From Candidatus Latescibacterota bacterium (GTDB taxonomy: Bacteria; Latescibacterota; UBA2968; GCA-2709665): a stretch of 64,000 nucleotides of DNA. The translations under genes were made by a program, and so were the position numbers. Below the pieces are notes generated by a model, which did no database searches, was not told the origin of the DNA, and was given only the letters and a program-made list of their open reading frames with translations. The DNA is taken from assembly GCA_965237675.1 (NCBI GenBank), contig OZ250150.1:3584001-3648000 (forward strand), written 5' to 3'. Every line of letters starts with the position of its first letter. Within the stretch, counting starts at the first letter, position 1. Positions 28,653 to 38,897 of this stretch are shown here, piece by piece.

Positions 28653-29909
28653 TCACTCCCCCGTGTATCCCCGCGACGCCCAGACCTTTCTGGCCAGCTT
28701 TTTCGCTTCGTCTGACGGTTCGATTTCGCCGAGAATGCTGCATGGCGGCTGTCCCGCCTTTTTGCGGGCGGGGTCGGGCGACCAGTCGTCGTCTTCGTAT
28801 CTCTTACGCACCGATTCGTCGCGGAAGTCGGGCACGTCCATGGGTGTCGAGTCGTTCAGCGCGGAACGCCACGCCTGGATACCGGCGATGCTCATGTCCA
28901 GGCCGCGATATACATCGAGATAGGGCTGCTCGCCCGTGCGGATCGCCTCGGCAAAGTGGAAGGTGGTAAAGAAGTCACCGCCGCCGTGTCCGGTACGGGT
29001 TGCACGGTTATGGTGGATGGGGAAGTCGGGCTTGTAGACCGTTTCGACCGGGACGCCCCTGCGCTTTTCCCACGGTTCGTACCAGACGCGCAGCCTCTGT
29101 TTGTCGCCGTGACGGCAGTTTTCCATCACCCCCTTGTTGCCGTGGATGCGGACGTAGTTGCCGTGACCGCGCAGCCCCCCGTGCAGAGACTTCATCACTG
29201 CATCGTTGTCCATCCGGCAGATGATTACCGCGGCGGTGTCCGAGCGCCTCATGTGAAGCGTCTGGGCGGGGTCGGTGAAATCAAAGGGGATGACAAAGCT
29301 GTTTACCCTGGTGGGCCTGGTGTCGGTGATGTACATCACCGGGGCGATGGAATGGGTGCAATAGTACGTGGCAGGGATCCAGTTGCGCCAGTGGTTACGC
29401 CCGCAACTTCGCGCCAGTTTCACTTCGGGCGGGTCCGGGTGGACGTATTCGCCCTCGCCGTACTTGAACTCACCCACGCGGCCTTGTTGATAGAGCCGTT
29501 TCATTTCCTGGTTAAAGACCATGTAGGGGTAATTCTCGGCAAACATGTAGATCTTGCCGCTTTTTTCAACCGTCCGCGCCAGGGCCACGCCTTCGCCCAG
29601 CGTGTGGCAGGCCGAGGTTTCGCTCATGACGTGCTTTCCGGCGTCGAGCGCTTTTATGGCAAACGGCGCGTGCTGGTGGAAGTAGTTCGCCAGCACGACT
29701 GCGTCCATGTCGCAGCCAAGAAATTCGTCGTAATCGACGTAGGTCCGTACATTCAGCGCCTCGCCTTCTGCGATCAGTCGCTCTTCCCAGGTGTCGCAGA
29801 TGGCAACCAGTTCCATGCCGGTCGCGCCGGCCGCCCGCGTAAAGGAACGGCCCCGGCCGACGCCGACCACGCCGATCCGGATACGCTGATTGCCGCGCTT
29901 TCTGGCCAT
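28653..29909 (-). CDS. Gfo/Idh/MocA family oxidoreductase
   Basis: IRIGVVGVGRG, GKHVMSE, AENYPY, GEGEYVH, GHGGGDF. Confidence 0.9.
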   Translation of the reverse strand: MARKRGNQRIRIGVVGVGRGRSFTRAAGATGMELVAICDTWEERLIAEGEALNVRTYVDYDEFLGCDMDAVVLANYFHQHAPFAIKALDAGKHVMSETSACHTLGEGVALARTVEKSGKIYMFAENYPYMVFNQEMKRLYQQGRVGEFKYGEGEYVHPDPPEVKLARSCGRNHWRNWIPATYYCTHSIAPVMYITDTRPTRVNSFVIPFDFTDPAQTLHMRRSDTAAVIICRMDNDAVMKSLHGGLRGHGNYVRIHGNKGVMENCRHGDKQRLRVWYEPWEKRRGVPVETVYKPDFPIHHNRATRTGHGGGDFFTTFHFAEAIRTGEQPYLDVYRGLDMSIAGIQAWRSALNDSTPMDVPDFRDESVRKRYEDDDWSPDPARKKAGQPPCSILGEIEPSDEAKKLARKVWASRGYTGE

Positions 29910-30297
29910 GATTCAACCCCTTGTAGTGTGGATTGGCAGATTCGTGAGTCCTGCGGAAACGCGATGGACAGACACCGAATGACAGTGGCGAATACCACCT
30001 GGTCAAAGGGTGTGGAATTCGACTCGTTCCGGGCGCCGATATTCAATTGGACCCTCGGGAAGATCATTCAGACTGTCGCTCTTGACCGGAAATCTACGAC
30101 GCCGCCTCATCTGTCGCAAACATGCTTCGACCTGTTTCTCTCGCGATAAATGCGGAGCGGATCTGCTTCCCCGCCTTTGGGGTGGAAGCCGGCAACAGCT
30201 AACGCCATTGTGCTCGTGACGCTCCCGATACCAGTTTCAGCATATCGAACCGGCGGCTGTACCGCCGCCCGATACGTTTCACAAAACAGGCGCAGAG

Positions 30298-30789
30298 TTG
30301 ACTTCCGATACTCCCATTGACTTGCAACAGTGCCAGGCCGAACACCTTGCCGTGTTGCAAGGCTGGTTTCAGGATGGGGAACTCAAACGACGGGTCGACC
30401 CACCGAGCCGGCGATATCTCGACTATGTCGAGTCGACCCCTCGCCAATACGCCTGTGTCGCATACGAAAGGGATGTCACCGTCGGATTCATTGTCTTCGG
30501 GCTCGAGGAGGAGGGACCGGCGAGCTTGATGTTTTTCGTGCGGCCCGACCTGCGGGGCCAGGGCTACGGAAAGCGTATCCTGGCGACGGCGCTTGCCGTT
30601 CCCGAGGTTGCCGATATCGGCGAGTGGATAGTGGGAGTGGAGCCCGACAACATCGCCAGTCGCCAGTGTCTGGAGGCGATAGGTTTTACCGAACAGGGTG
30701 TCGACCCGGAGTGGCCCGAATTCTTGAGATACGTCTACCTGAGAGACATTTCCCCGAATGCAACGGGAACGGCAGGACGAGCCCCGTGA
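30298..30789 (+). CDS. GNAT family N-acetyltransferase
   Basis: Motif A VRPDLRGQGYGKRIL; NIASRQCLEAIGF; TTG start uncertain. Confidence 0.8.
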   Translation: MTSDTPIDLQQCQAEHLAVLQGWFQDGELKRRVDPPSRRYLDYVESTPRQYACVAYERDVTVGFIVFGLEEEGPASLMFFVRPDLRGQGYGKRILATALAVPEVADIGEWIVGVEPDNIASRQCLEAIGFTEQGVDPEWPEFLRYVYLRDISPNATGTAGRAP

Positions 30790-30889
30790 CGATCCAAGGA
30801 ATCGAGGGCGGCCCAGGTGGCAGTAAACAGGCAAGACTGGGTTCGGACGCCGTATCGTACTTTCAAGACCTTACCGGAGGCAAATCAAG

Positions 30890-31708
30890 TTGGAAACCAG
30901 ATCGGAATCAGAAAACAGACTGTCATCAGCGAAACGTTATTTCTTCGACGTCAACGGCTACGTCATGCTTCAAGGTGTTTTCAGTCCGGCGGAGTGCCGC
31001 CGTTTCATCGATCTCGCAGACCGGATGGACGCTGACGACCTGTGTGCATACAAGCACGACGGGTATCCGAAGACACCGGCGCTCACGGTTCTCTCTCGAT
31101 GCGCCTGGTATCGTCCCTATCTGCTGGAAACGGCGATGCACCCGATCCTGTTACCGATCATTCGGGATGTGGTCGGAGGTGAGGTGCGCCTCGAGGAGCA
31201 TCAATACCTCATCAACTATCCGAATGAGACGGAAGACGAAATCGTCCCGCGCACATCCCACGTCGCGGATGAAGGCTGGCACCGTGGCATCGCCCCGAAT
31301 GTCGGCAGTTTTGAAGCGGATGAGCACTATCACTGTATGTTCAGCAAAGCCTTCATCTACCTGACCGACAACGGTCCGGGGGAGGGCACATGGGTGGTGC
31401 CGGGAAGCCATCGCATGAACATGCCCACGGGGACGTTGCGCGAATTCATGGACGAGGCCCTGGCGCGGCAACTGCAATCCCGGGCCGGAGATGTGCTCAT
31501 CTTGAGCGAAACGCTGATACACGCCGGTCCCAGACTGAGAGCCGCCGCGCCGCCGCGCTATTCGCTGGTCTACGGATACACGGCGCCGTTCATGCAGACG
31601 TGGGGTCGCTATGACCCTCCGGCCGATCTGCTGGAACGGGTGACGCCGGAACAGCGGCGCCTTCTGACGGGTGAACTCCGATACGGATTCCGCCGAGGGC
31701 AATTCTGA
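30890..31708 (+). CDS. Phytanoyl-CoA dioxygenase (PhyH) family Fe(II)/2OG enzyme
   Basis: FFDVNGYVML, GWHRG, IYLTD, VVPGSH, AGDVLILSETLIHAG. Confidence 0.85.
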   Translation: METRSESENRLSSAKRYFFDVNGYVMLQGVFSPAECRRFIDLADRMDADDLCAYKHDGYPKTPALTVLSRCAWYRPYLLETAMHPILLPIIRDVVGGEVRLEEHQYLINYPNETEDEIVPRTSHVADEGWHRGIAPNVGSFEADEHYHCMFSKAFIYLTDNGPGEGTWVVPGSHRMNMPTGTLREFMDEALARQLQSRAGDVLILSETLIHAGPRLRAAAPPRYSLVYGYTAPFMQTWGRYDPPADLLERVTPEQRRLLTGELRYGFRRGQF

Positions 31709-31922
31709 GGTTCGACGAAAACCCCCATGCATGCGGCTACCGATGTCGTGGCGGTCCGGACCCGGAGCACCAGGATTGCCTGACGCTCGTTGTTTCTCAA
31801 CTTCAGGAGTCTTCGAGGGTTTCACAGAACCCCACCGAGGTGTTACAAACGGCAGATCGGACTCTTTTCGTGCCACGCCTGACAGGATGAGCCATACCAC
31901 CGGCAGATGAGTCGTTCGATCA

Positions 31923-32660
31923 TCACACTGAATGCGCTTTGCGTCCATATGCCACAGTATATTGCCGTTCGACCCGGCCGCTGGCCAGCAGGGTCCCGAT
32001 AGTGATCAGCCAGAGGAGAAACGCAGTTCCGACCACCGGATGAATCCCTGTTGCCGCGCTGAGCCAGATGAATTGCATCGCGACGCCCAATGTCGCCGAT
32101 ACCGGCGCTATTCTTCTAAGGGTTCCACCTACCCGCCACTGATATCGTGCGGCGACTGCCAGTGCGACCCCGGCCGCGGAAAAACCCAGCTTGCCGGTTA
32201 TCCACCGAAGGTTATACGACAGGTTCAACACAGTGGCTTCGGTCGCGGCAGTAAGGCCGCCGGCTGAAATGGCCTCCGGCACCAGCTGAGACGCTATAAG
32301 GATGGCAAAGGCTCCTGAAGCGACGGTGAAGCCACCCGAGAGAACGAACAGATACGGGACGATCGGCGTTGCCCAGCGCCCACGGATGATCCAGGTATGC
32401 AGCAACAGCCAGCCTGCCACGAGCATCGTCAATCCGGAAATCGCGCGGGCAATTCCCGAGACGATGTACATCATGGGGTGTTCTGCGACAGCTTGAAGAG
32501 ACTTCAACAGCGGTGCCTGGTCGGCGTCGGCAGTCACTCTTGTGTAAACCATCGCGACTGTAAAGAGCGCGGTTAGCAGCAAGAGGACGCCGGCGCACCG
32601 AGCCGCGCGGTCGGGGGGATTTTCCGCCGCTGGAGTGGCCGATGCGATTTCATCCGACAT
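31923..32660 (-). CDS. Hypothetical multi-pass membrane protein
   Basis: GGAGG SD; about 6 hydrophobic segments. Confidence 0.7.
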   Translation of the reverse strand: MSDEIASATPAAENPPDRAARCAGVLLLLTALFTVAMVYTRVTADADQAPLLKSLQAVAEHPMMYIVSGIARAISGLTMLVAGWLLLHTWIIRGRWATPIVPYLFVLSGGFTVASGAFAILIASQLVPEAISAGGLTAATEATVLNLSYNLRWITGKLGFSAAGVALAVAARYQWRVGGTLRRIAPVSATLGVAMQFIWLSAATGIHPVVGTAFLLWLITIGTLLASGRVERQYTVAYGRKAHSV

Positions 32661-32987
32661 ATCGATATCCTCCCGTTAGTTCGCCCGTTAGTGGATTTCG
32701 CCAGAATTGAAATGGACTGCTACGCTGACTCGCATCGCACGTTTGCTCGACCTTCGCACGATATTGCCATTGAAACTGCTCTCATCTTTCGGAGTTTCAT
32801 ATCGTTTTATATCGGTATTGTGCATCGATACGTCAAGAGCTACATTGATGGTACGGACACAAGCAGCGTCCGCGGCGGCGTTCGTTGAATAATCAAAGTT
32901 AAGGACCAGCTGGCTCCTCGCATCTTCTCGTCTCGCAACGGGCCCGCGTCGACCGGGTAGCCGGCACACCAGAGGAGGCTTGTACAC

Positions 32988-33703
32988 GTGGCACCGGAAA
33001 AACGGTTAGCTATCCGGTCAGAGCTCGTTCGCTGGCTCGTCGTCATCGTGTCTGTATACGTGCTGCTTGTGGCCGTTGGCCTGATCGGCAAGGGCTTTCG
33101 TCTGGAATTCGGCGATGCGGAGGGCCTCGAATCCCTGTTCGCACTTGCGACGAATCCGTTCGTCGGATTGGTTCTCGGCATACTGGCGACCGCATTGCGC
33201 CAATCTTCTGAGCATCCTGGTATTCCTGCCGTTGGAACTCGCGTTCGGCTTTCTTGAAAAACTGAGCGGCGTGATGACCCATATCATCGAGAATATCGGG
33301 TCTGTTGATGCAGGGGGAAAGGGCATAGTGTAGGTCGTCGTCGACCACGACAAGCATCATCGTGCCTTTAGCACGGTCAGGCGTGATCGGGCTTCGTCAT
33401 GTCTACCCGTTCACGCTCGGCGCCAACATCGGGACGACGATTACCGCGCTTCTCGCCGCGACCGCGATAACGGGCGCCACCCATGCCGTCGCGCACCAGA
33501 TCGCGATTGCCCACGTTCTCTACGATTTGCTGGGCGTTATCGTCATCTATAGCATCCCCTGGCTGAGGGAGATTCCGATCGCGGGAGCCGAGTGGATTGC
33601 ACGGCGGGGAAGTGAACGGAAATGGATGGCCATCGTATACATCTTCTGTGCATTTTTCGGCATTCCGGGTGCGTTCGTGTTTGCCAGTGCATGGCTGTCC
33701 TGA
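32988..33703 (+). pseudogene. Na+/phosphate symporter (NptA/PiT-II-like) pseudogene with internal deletions
   Basis: Three collinear fragments in different frames: NPFVGLVLGILATAL.QSS / NLLSILVFLPLELAFGFLEKLS / SSSTTTSIIVPLA...YPFTLGANIGTTITALLAA. Confidence 0.75.
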
Positions 33704-33815
33704 GCGCTCCACGCAAGAGAGGGATGTAGACAAGGGAAGGAGGGCAGCGGGGCGGTCGCCTTCTCCCTCAAGAAGCGATGTGTTGTCAATCGCCTGGAAA
33801 GCAGGTTTGTGCCCT

Positions 33816-34844
33816 ATGTCATATGGTGTCGCAGTGCTGGGAACCGGCCGCATCGGCGGCAGGTACATCGACGTGGTAAAGAAGACGCCCGGCGTCGAAA
33901 TCAGGGTGGTGGCGGAACCCCGGGAGGACGCGGCCGCAGCGTGGCGTAACCGGCATCCCGACGTCGAATTCGTCTCCGACTACCGGGAAACCCTGGAACG
34001 TGACGAGGTTGACGTCGTCGTCGGGACGCTGCCGCACTGGCTCCATTACCAGGCCGCGCTGGATGCCGCGGCCTCCGGTAAACACGTCTACATGGAGAAA
34101 CCGCTCGCGGCCTGGGCGTGGCAGGCGGAGGAGATGCTTGCCGGGGCCCGCGAAAATGGCGTCAAGCTCATGACCGCCCACACCCAGCGTTACTTCCCGG
34201 CGGTAACGGCGATGAAGGGCATCGTCGAGCGCGGCGAGCTGGGCTCGGTGATCATGGCCTATGACATGTGGCACAAGTCTTACGGTCCGTACAACCGTCC
34301 GGAGTGGATGCTGGACCGCGAACGGGGCGGCGGGATGGGCCAGATGGACGGCACCCACCAGATCGACCGGCTGCTCTGGATCATCGGGAACGACGTCGCG
34401 ACCGTTTCGGCGCAACAGGGGCAGTTCACCTACCCGAAATCGGAACATCCCGCCATCAACTGCGACGACACGGGCATGTACTTTATCCGATGGAAGAGCG
34501 GTGTGGTGGCGACGGTCAGCCGCATCGCCTGGGAGCGCGGCGCCACCGAATACGGCGGCGACTGGTTCTTCACGAGGGGAATGGCGCGCTTCCGGTTGCC
34601 CTACGGCGGGGGAGATCCGCCGGCTCTATTCATCGCCGACACGGGCGACGGAACCTGGCGCCGCGAATCCGTGCCGATTCGCGACAGCCTGCAGGACGAG
34701 TTCACCGAGTTTATCGAATCGCTTGAACGAGGCGACGACGATACGCCGATACCCCAGGTTCACGGCCTGAACGTCCTTAAGGTGCTGGAAGCAACGGAAG
34801 CATCCGCGCGCACCGGGCGGGAAGTGGTTTTGGATCTGGAATAA
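33816..34844 (+). CDS. Gfo/Idh/MocA family oxidoreductase
   Basis: VAVLGTGRIG, GKHVYMEKP, GGGMGQMDGTHQID; start moved to ATG 33816. Confidence 0.9.
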   Translation: MSYGVAVLGTGRIGGRYIDVVKKTPGVEIRVVAEPREDAAAAWRNRHPDVEFVSDYRETLERDEVDVVVGTLPHWLHYQAALDAAASGKHVYMEKPLAAWAWQAEEMLAGARENGVKLMTAHTQRYFPAVTAMKGIVERGELGSVIMAYDMWHKSYGPYNRPEWMLDRERGGGMGQMDGTHQIDRLLWIIGNDVATVSAQQGQFTYPKSEHPAINCDDTGMYFIRWKSGVVATVSRIAWERGATEYGGDWFFTRGMARFRLPYGGGDPPALFIADTGDGTWRRESVPIRDSLQDEFTEFIESLERGDDDTPIPQVHGLNVLKVLEATEASARTGREVVLDLE

Positions 34845-34859
34845 AGATGGGAGGGTAAA

Positions 34860-35612
34860 ATGAACAAAATACGCACATTTTTCGAGGAAAATGGCTACTA
34901 CCTGGCCAAATGCGTCTTTTCGCCAGACGAAGTGGGCCGGCTTGAAGACGAATTTGATCGAATTGTACAACAACTCAACGAACACGACGACAGCGGCACC
35001 TCGAACAATAACGGTGTCATCAATACACGCAATGTGCAGCAGTATTCGGGGCGATGGATGGCGTCCCTGCTTCACGAAAAGTTCCTCAACATTGTTGAAA
35101 AGCTTATCGGTCCCGACATCGTTCTCAACCATACCACGCTCTTTGAGAAGCGGATGACAACTGCTCCAACACCCTTCCGGATGCACCAGGACTGGAGCTA
35201 TCTGCCAACCCGGATGAACACCATGATTGCAGGAATGATCCATGTCAGCGAAGCCACGGAGGAAATGGGCTGCCTCAGAGTCTATCCCGGCTCGCACAGA
35301 CACGGTCGCGTGGAAGGCTCTACTGCCGTTAATGCCGCGTTCCACAAACAGTTCCCATTTGAAGGCGCGACGGCGATTGAAGCCCAGCCGGGTGACGTCA
35401 CCTACTTCGATTACTTCATCGTACATGGTTCGACGTCCAACCGCTCTGAAACGCCAAGGAAGGTGGTGATTGCGCGGATGTTTTCCGGCAGGGACGAAAA
35501 GGAGGACATCTACCAGTACAGTGAGAATCTGGTGTTGCGCGGGTGGAACTACCATACGACCTCTGCAACGGCCATGAAAACGGTTTTCAGGCCTGAAAAG
35601 GTCACCGCCTGA
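34860..35612 (+). CDS. Phytanoyl-CoA dioxygenase (PhyH) family enzyme
   Basis: FFEENGY, HQD facial-triad motif, GCLRVYPGSH, PGDV...VHGSTSNRS. Confidence 0.88.
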   Translation: MNKIRTFFEENGYYLAKCVFSPDEVGRLEDEFDRIVQQLNEHDDSGTSNNNGVINTRNVQQYSGRWMASLLHEKFLNIVEKLIGPDIVLNHTTLFEKRMTTAPTPFRMHQDWSYLPTRMNTMIAGMIHVSEATEEMGCLRVYPGSHRHGRVEGSTAVNAAFHKQFPFEGATAIEAQPGDVTYFDYFIVHGSTSNRSETPRKVVIARMFSGRDEKEDIYQYSENLVLRGWNYHTTSATAMKTVFRPEKVTA

Positions 35613-35764
35613 CTCGCCTTGTCGACCGCCTCCGGCCGGACAGCTGAGTGCACCCCTTTTTCGTCAGCGTCATTTCAGATCAGCTTGCAGATCCACAGGT
35701 CGGTTCGCCCACCCGATTGCATCACATCCAATTGCAACCGACGGATGAACTATTAAATTTTTAG

Positions 35765-35793
35765 TTGACCAGGCGATAATAAATCGATATATT
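35765..35793 (+). promoter_or_regulatory. Sigma70-type promoter in an AT-rich patch
   Basis: TTGACC - 17 nt - TATATT; flanked by TATTAAATT repeats. Confidence 0.5.
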
Positions 35794-35865
35794 AAATTAT
35801 TAATAGATGCAATGGGGACCAGGGGATGGCTGAAGGAGTTTCACAGGCCTGCTGATCGGTAACGT

Positions 35866-36435
35866 TGTCATTCTGAGCGCAACCAAAGGGGAGCGGTTGT
35901 GCTGCACTTCAGTTCGGACCGAATGCCAGACGCTCGGGCATGATCCCATGCAGCAGGAGATGCTTCGTCAGCCTGGAGGCTTCCTCAGGATGACAGTTCA
36001 GGCGCAGGGATGATCGACGTGTTTCGCGGGTGTCGAATGCTAAACATGTCATTCTGAGCGTAGTCGAAGAATCCCCCGTCTATTCGATTGTCCTTAACGC
36101 AAAAACGCGGTAAACACATTTGCGCGGAGACATCGTCGGCCCTTTGGCTTCGTTAGCAGGACAGGATGGGCCAAACAGTGACCAATGCATTTCGCCAGTG
36201 GCTATTGGCATTGATATCACTCTCATCGCAGTCGAAGCGGGAGCGGTTGTGCTGCACTTCAGTTCGGACCGAATGCCAGACGCTCGGGCGTGATCCCATG
36301 CCGCAGTAGATGCTTCGTCGGCCAGGCGGCCTCCTCAGCATGACAGTCTGGGCGAACATGTGACGGATACGTTTCGCCAATGGTTATTGCAAAGCATGTC
36401 ATTCTGAGCGCAGTCGAAGAATCTCCCGCCCATTC
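35866..36435. repeat. Two imperfect direct repeats of about 200 bp (period 350 bp) built from REP family C (TGTCATTCTGAGCG..GTCGAAGAATC / GATGCTTCG...CTCAG.ATGACA)
   Basis: GGGAGCGGTTGTGCTGCACTTCAGTTCGGACCGAATGCCAGACGCTCGGGC is identical at 35889 and 36239. Confidence 0.85.
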
Positions 36436-36456
36436 CGTTTTGAAGTCCTGTGCCGA

Positions 36457-36481
36457 CCCTTCGACAAGCTCAGGGAGCGGC
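36457..36481. repeat. Single REP family A unit
   Basis: CCCTTCGACAAGCTCAGGGAGCGG matches units at about 7570-7700 and 46890-46930. Confidence 0.65.
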
Positions 36482-36509
36482 ACAGTAGCCACGCGTAAGG
36501 AGGTCAAGG

Positions 36510-38054
36510 ATGAAAACCATCAGCCTCTTACTCTTCGCGTTGTTCCTGCCTGAAACGCTGTCGGCGAACGCGGCGCTGACAGTTGACGGCGCATCCACGG
36601 ACAGAACGATCACCATCAATTATGACGTTCCGGAGTCATCGCACGTACAGATAAAGGTATCTTCGACTGTGGGTGTACACGCCGCGCCGCAGCACGGAGT
36701 CCAGGCGCCCGGGAACTACAGGATCGTATTGGACAAATCCGGATTTCCCAGGGGCGATTACTCTGTAAGGCTGATACTGGATCATGATCGGGACAAGGTC
36801 ACCCGGCGCAGCTTTCTCCACAGCCCTTCGGGCAGGCCGGTTACCCGGACCAGGGAAGAACGGGATCTGTACAATCGATGCTATGCCGTCACCGGGTTCG
36901 ACCCAAAACAGGCCGTCGAACTCTGGAATGAGCTCCTCACCCGTTATCCGGACTTCGTGGATAGGGGCGTCGCTTTTCTCTATTCCATCATGGCCAGGAT
37001 TCCAGCGACCGACAGCGTCGACGTCCACGCGGCCGCCGACAACGCCGCAGCGTTGATCCCACGTTCGGGAACCTATCGCACAATCGGTCGTATTCTGAGC
37101 GGATTGGATGGGCTTGGTGAAGGCAAATATCCGCGTACCGCGTTGGCTTTTGCCGACAGGGCCATTGGACAAATTAGGGATGTGCCCGCACCCTACCGAA
37201 ACGACGCGCTCTACCGGTGCCAACACCTGAGGGGCCACTGTTTGCATCTCCTGGGGAGATTCGCAGAGGCCGAGGAGGCTTTCGGCGAAGCGATAAAGAT
37301 CCTTGAATCCCGCGGCTCAGACGGCACTTACTCAGATTTCCAGCAGAGCGTATGGGCGTACCGGGGTCTCGCCTCACTTCATGAACAGCGCGGCAGGCAC
37401 ACGGAGGCACTCGGGTTCTACAAAATGGCCGTCAAGAGTTACGCCAGGGATCCTGAACTCTGGATTGCATTGCAGCGCAACTTCAACCTTGTCCACGGGT
37501 CCAACAAGGGCTATGAGGAATATAGCCGAAAACTCGAGGCTGAGATACGAGGCGGCGCACCGGAGAAAGATCACGACCTCGTGGGCAAGCCCCTTCCGGG
37601 GTTTGTGTTGCAGCGGCTGGGCGGGGGCACGTTGTCGCTCGACGATATTAAGGGCACCGTGAGCGTCCTGAACTTCTGGGCGTTCTGGTGCCAGCCGTGC
37701 ATGGCTGAGTTGCCCGTGATAGCACGACTTGCGAGGGAAACATCCGGCAGCGGCGTGAAGGTGATCGCGATTCACACGCCACAGGGACTCGCTCCTGGCA
37801 TCACTAAAGAGGAATTTCCCAAAATTGTACAAGCCGGCGTGAGCAAGTACGACGGCTCATTCGACACCGTCTGGGACAGTAAGGAACAAGGCTTCTCTAC
37901 CCGATCCGGGATCAGATCTCTGCCGGTAACGCTGGTCGCGGACAAAACGGGGATCGTTAGATACCGGGTGGTCGGTTTCGATCCGGAAAACGCCTACAGG
38001 AAACTCAAGGCGGTTGTGGATAGCCTGAACGACGATTCGGCCGGGACCAGGTAG
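36510..38054 (+). CDS. Exported TPR protein with C-terminal TlpA/ResA-like thioredoxin domain
   Basis: Signal peptide, Ig-like N-terminal region, TPR-like helices, LNFWAFWCQPCMAELP, SLPVT; AAGGAGG SD. Confidence 0.85.
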   Translation: MKTISLLLFALFLPETLSANAALTVDGASTDRTITINYDVPESSHVQIKVSSTVGVHAAPQHGVQAPGNYRIVLDKSGFPRGDYSVRLILDHDRDKVTRRSFLHSPSGRPVTRTREERDLYNRCYAVTGFDPKQAVELWNELLTRYPDFVDRGVAFLYSIMARIPATDSVDVHAAADNAAALIPRSGTYRTIGRILSGLDGLGEGKYPRTALAFADRAIGQIRDVPAPYRNDALYRCQHLRGHCLHLLGRFAEAEEAFGEAIKILESRGSDGTYSDFQQSVWAYRGLASLHEQRGRHTEALGFYKMAVKSYARDPELWIALQRNFNLVHGSNKGYEEYSRKLEAEIRGGAPEKDHDLVGKPLPGFVLQRLGGGTLSLDDIKGTVSVLNFWAFWCQPCMAELPVIARLARETSGSGVKVIAIHTPQGLAPGITKEEFPKIVQAGVSKYDGSFDTVWDSKEQGFSTRSGIRSLPVTLVADKTGIVRYRVVGFDPENAYRKLKAVVDSLNDDSAGTR

Positions 38055-38128
38055 CCTGGGCTATTCATGAACGCACTGTAACTTCACGCATCAGCGGCTT
38101 GACGAGCCATTGAGGAAGCGTGTATGAA

Positions 38129-38419
38129 GGTGGGGCAGACATTCCTGTCTGCCCTTTTCAGTGTCCCTCTGCCGGGATGCAGATAGATGAGAGGTTTTCA
38201 CCGCCTCTTTAGCGCCAATATTCGTGGTCACGCAGTCCAACCTTTGCAGGGTTCTCCGTGGCGTAACGGATGAAGCGCAACAGGCAGAAACTCATTGTCG
38301 TAAGGTATCCGCGTACTTGGGCGAGTAGGGGCAGGTTTGAAACCTGCCCCTACGTTTTGGGCATCGAACCGACGAGGATACGTATTTGAATGTGGGGCGG
38401 ACGTTCCCGGCTGCTCCAC
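38129..38419. repeat. GTAG/GTGG-type REP palindromes (family D)
   Basis: Perfect palindrome GTAGGGGCAGGTTT-G-AAACCTGCCCCTAC (38325-38353); related GTGGGGCAGACA...TGTCTGCCC (38130-38154) and GTGGGGCGG...CTGCTCCAC (38392-38420). Confidence 0.7.
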
Positions 38420-38897
38420 CATTTCAAACATTTGATCGAGGCATCAGTTAAAGGGATCAACGATCCGAGACAGACCGCCTGCACTCGCTTCCCTTACCAG
38501 AGTTGCAGGGTGCCACTGTCACCTGTCTTCGTGCGGTGACGCACCGGAAGGCTTGTCAGTACGCCGCCGTCGAAACCACCTTTCCTCTACTGGCCGTCTC
38601 GACAAGCCATTGTGCGGGGGTGGAAATGATTGATTCGAGAATAAAGCAGCATAGAGGTTGAATATGACGTGCGGCCTTGGAGGGGAACCGATTTTCCTTG
38701 AAGGCGTCCAACTATTGATGCAAAAGGCTTTACAGTGGCCGGGACCTTGACCGGCCGATGCGTCGGAACCCGTCGCAGAGAGGAGCCCTCCACGTGTTCG
38801 AAGGGGCATATACGCAGGCTGTGCAGCAGCCCGTTCTGACCGGCGAAATCTTCGTCACACGGGGTGATTCCGAGAACCATCACAGAAAGGCGCGCCG

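Noticed and set aside
35866-36480. CRISPR array
   Set aside because: Only two long imperfect repeats with REP-like palindromes; no regular repeat-spacer periodicity.
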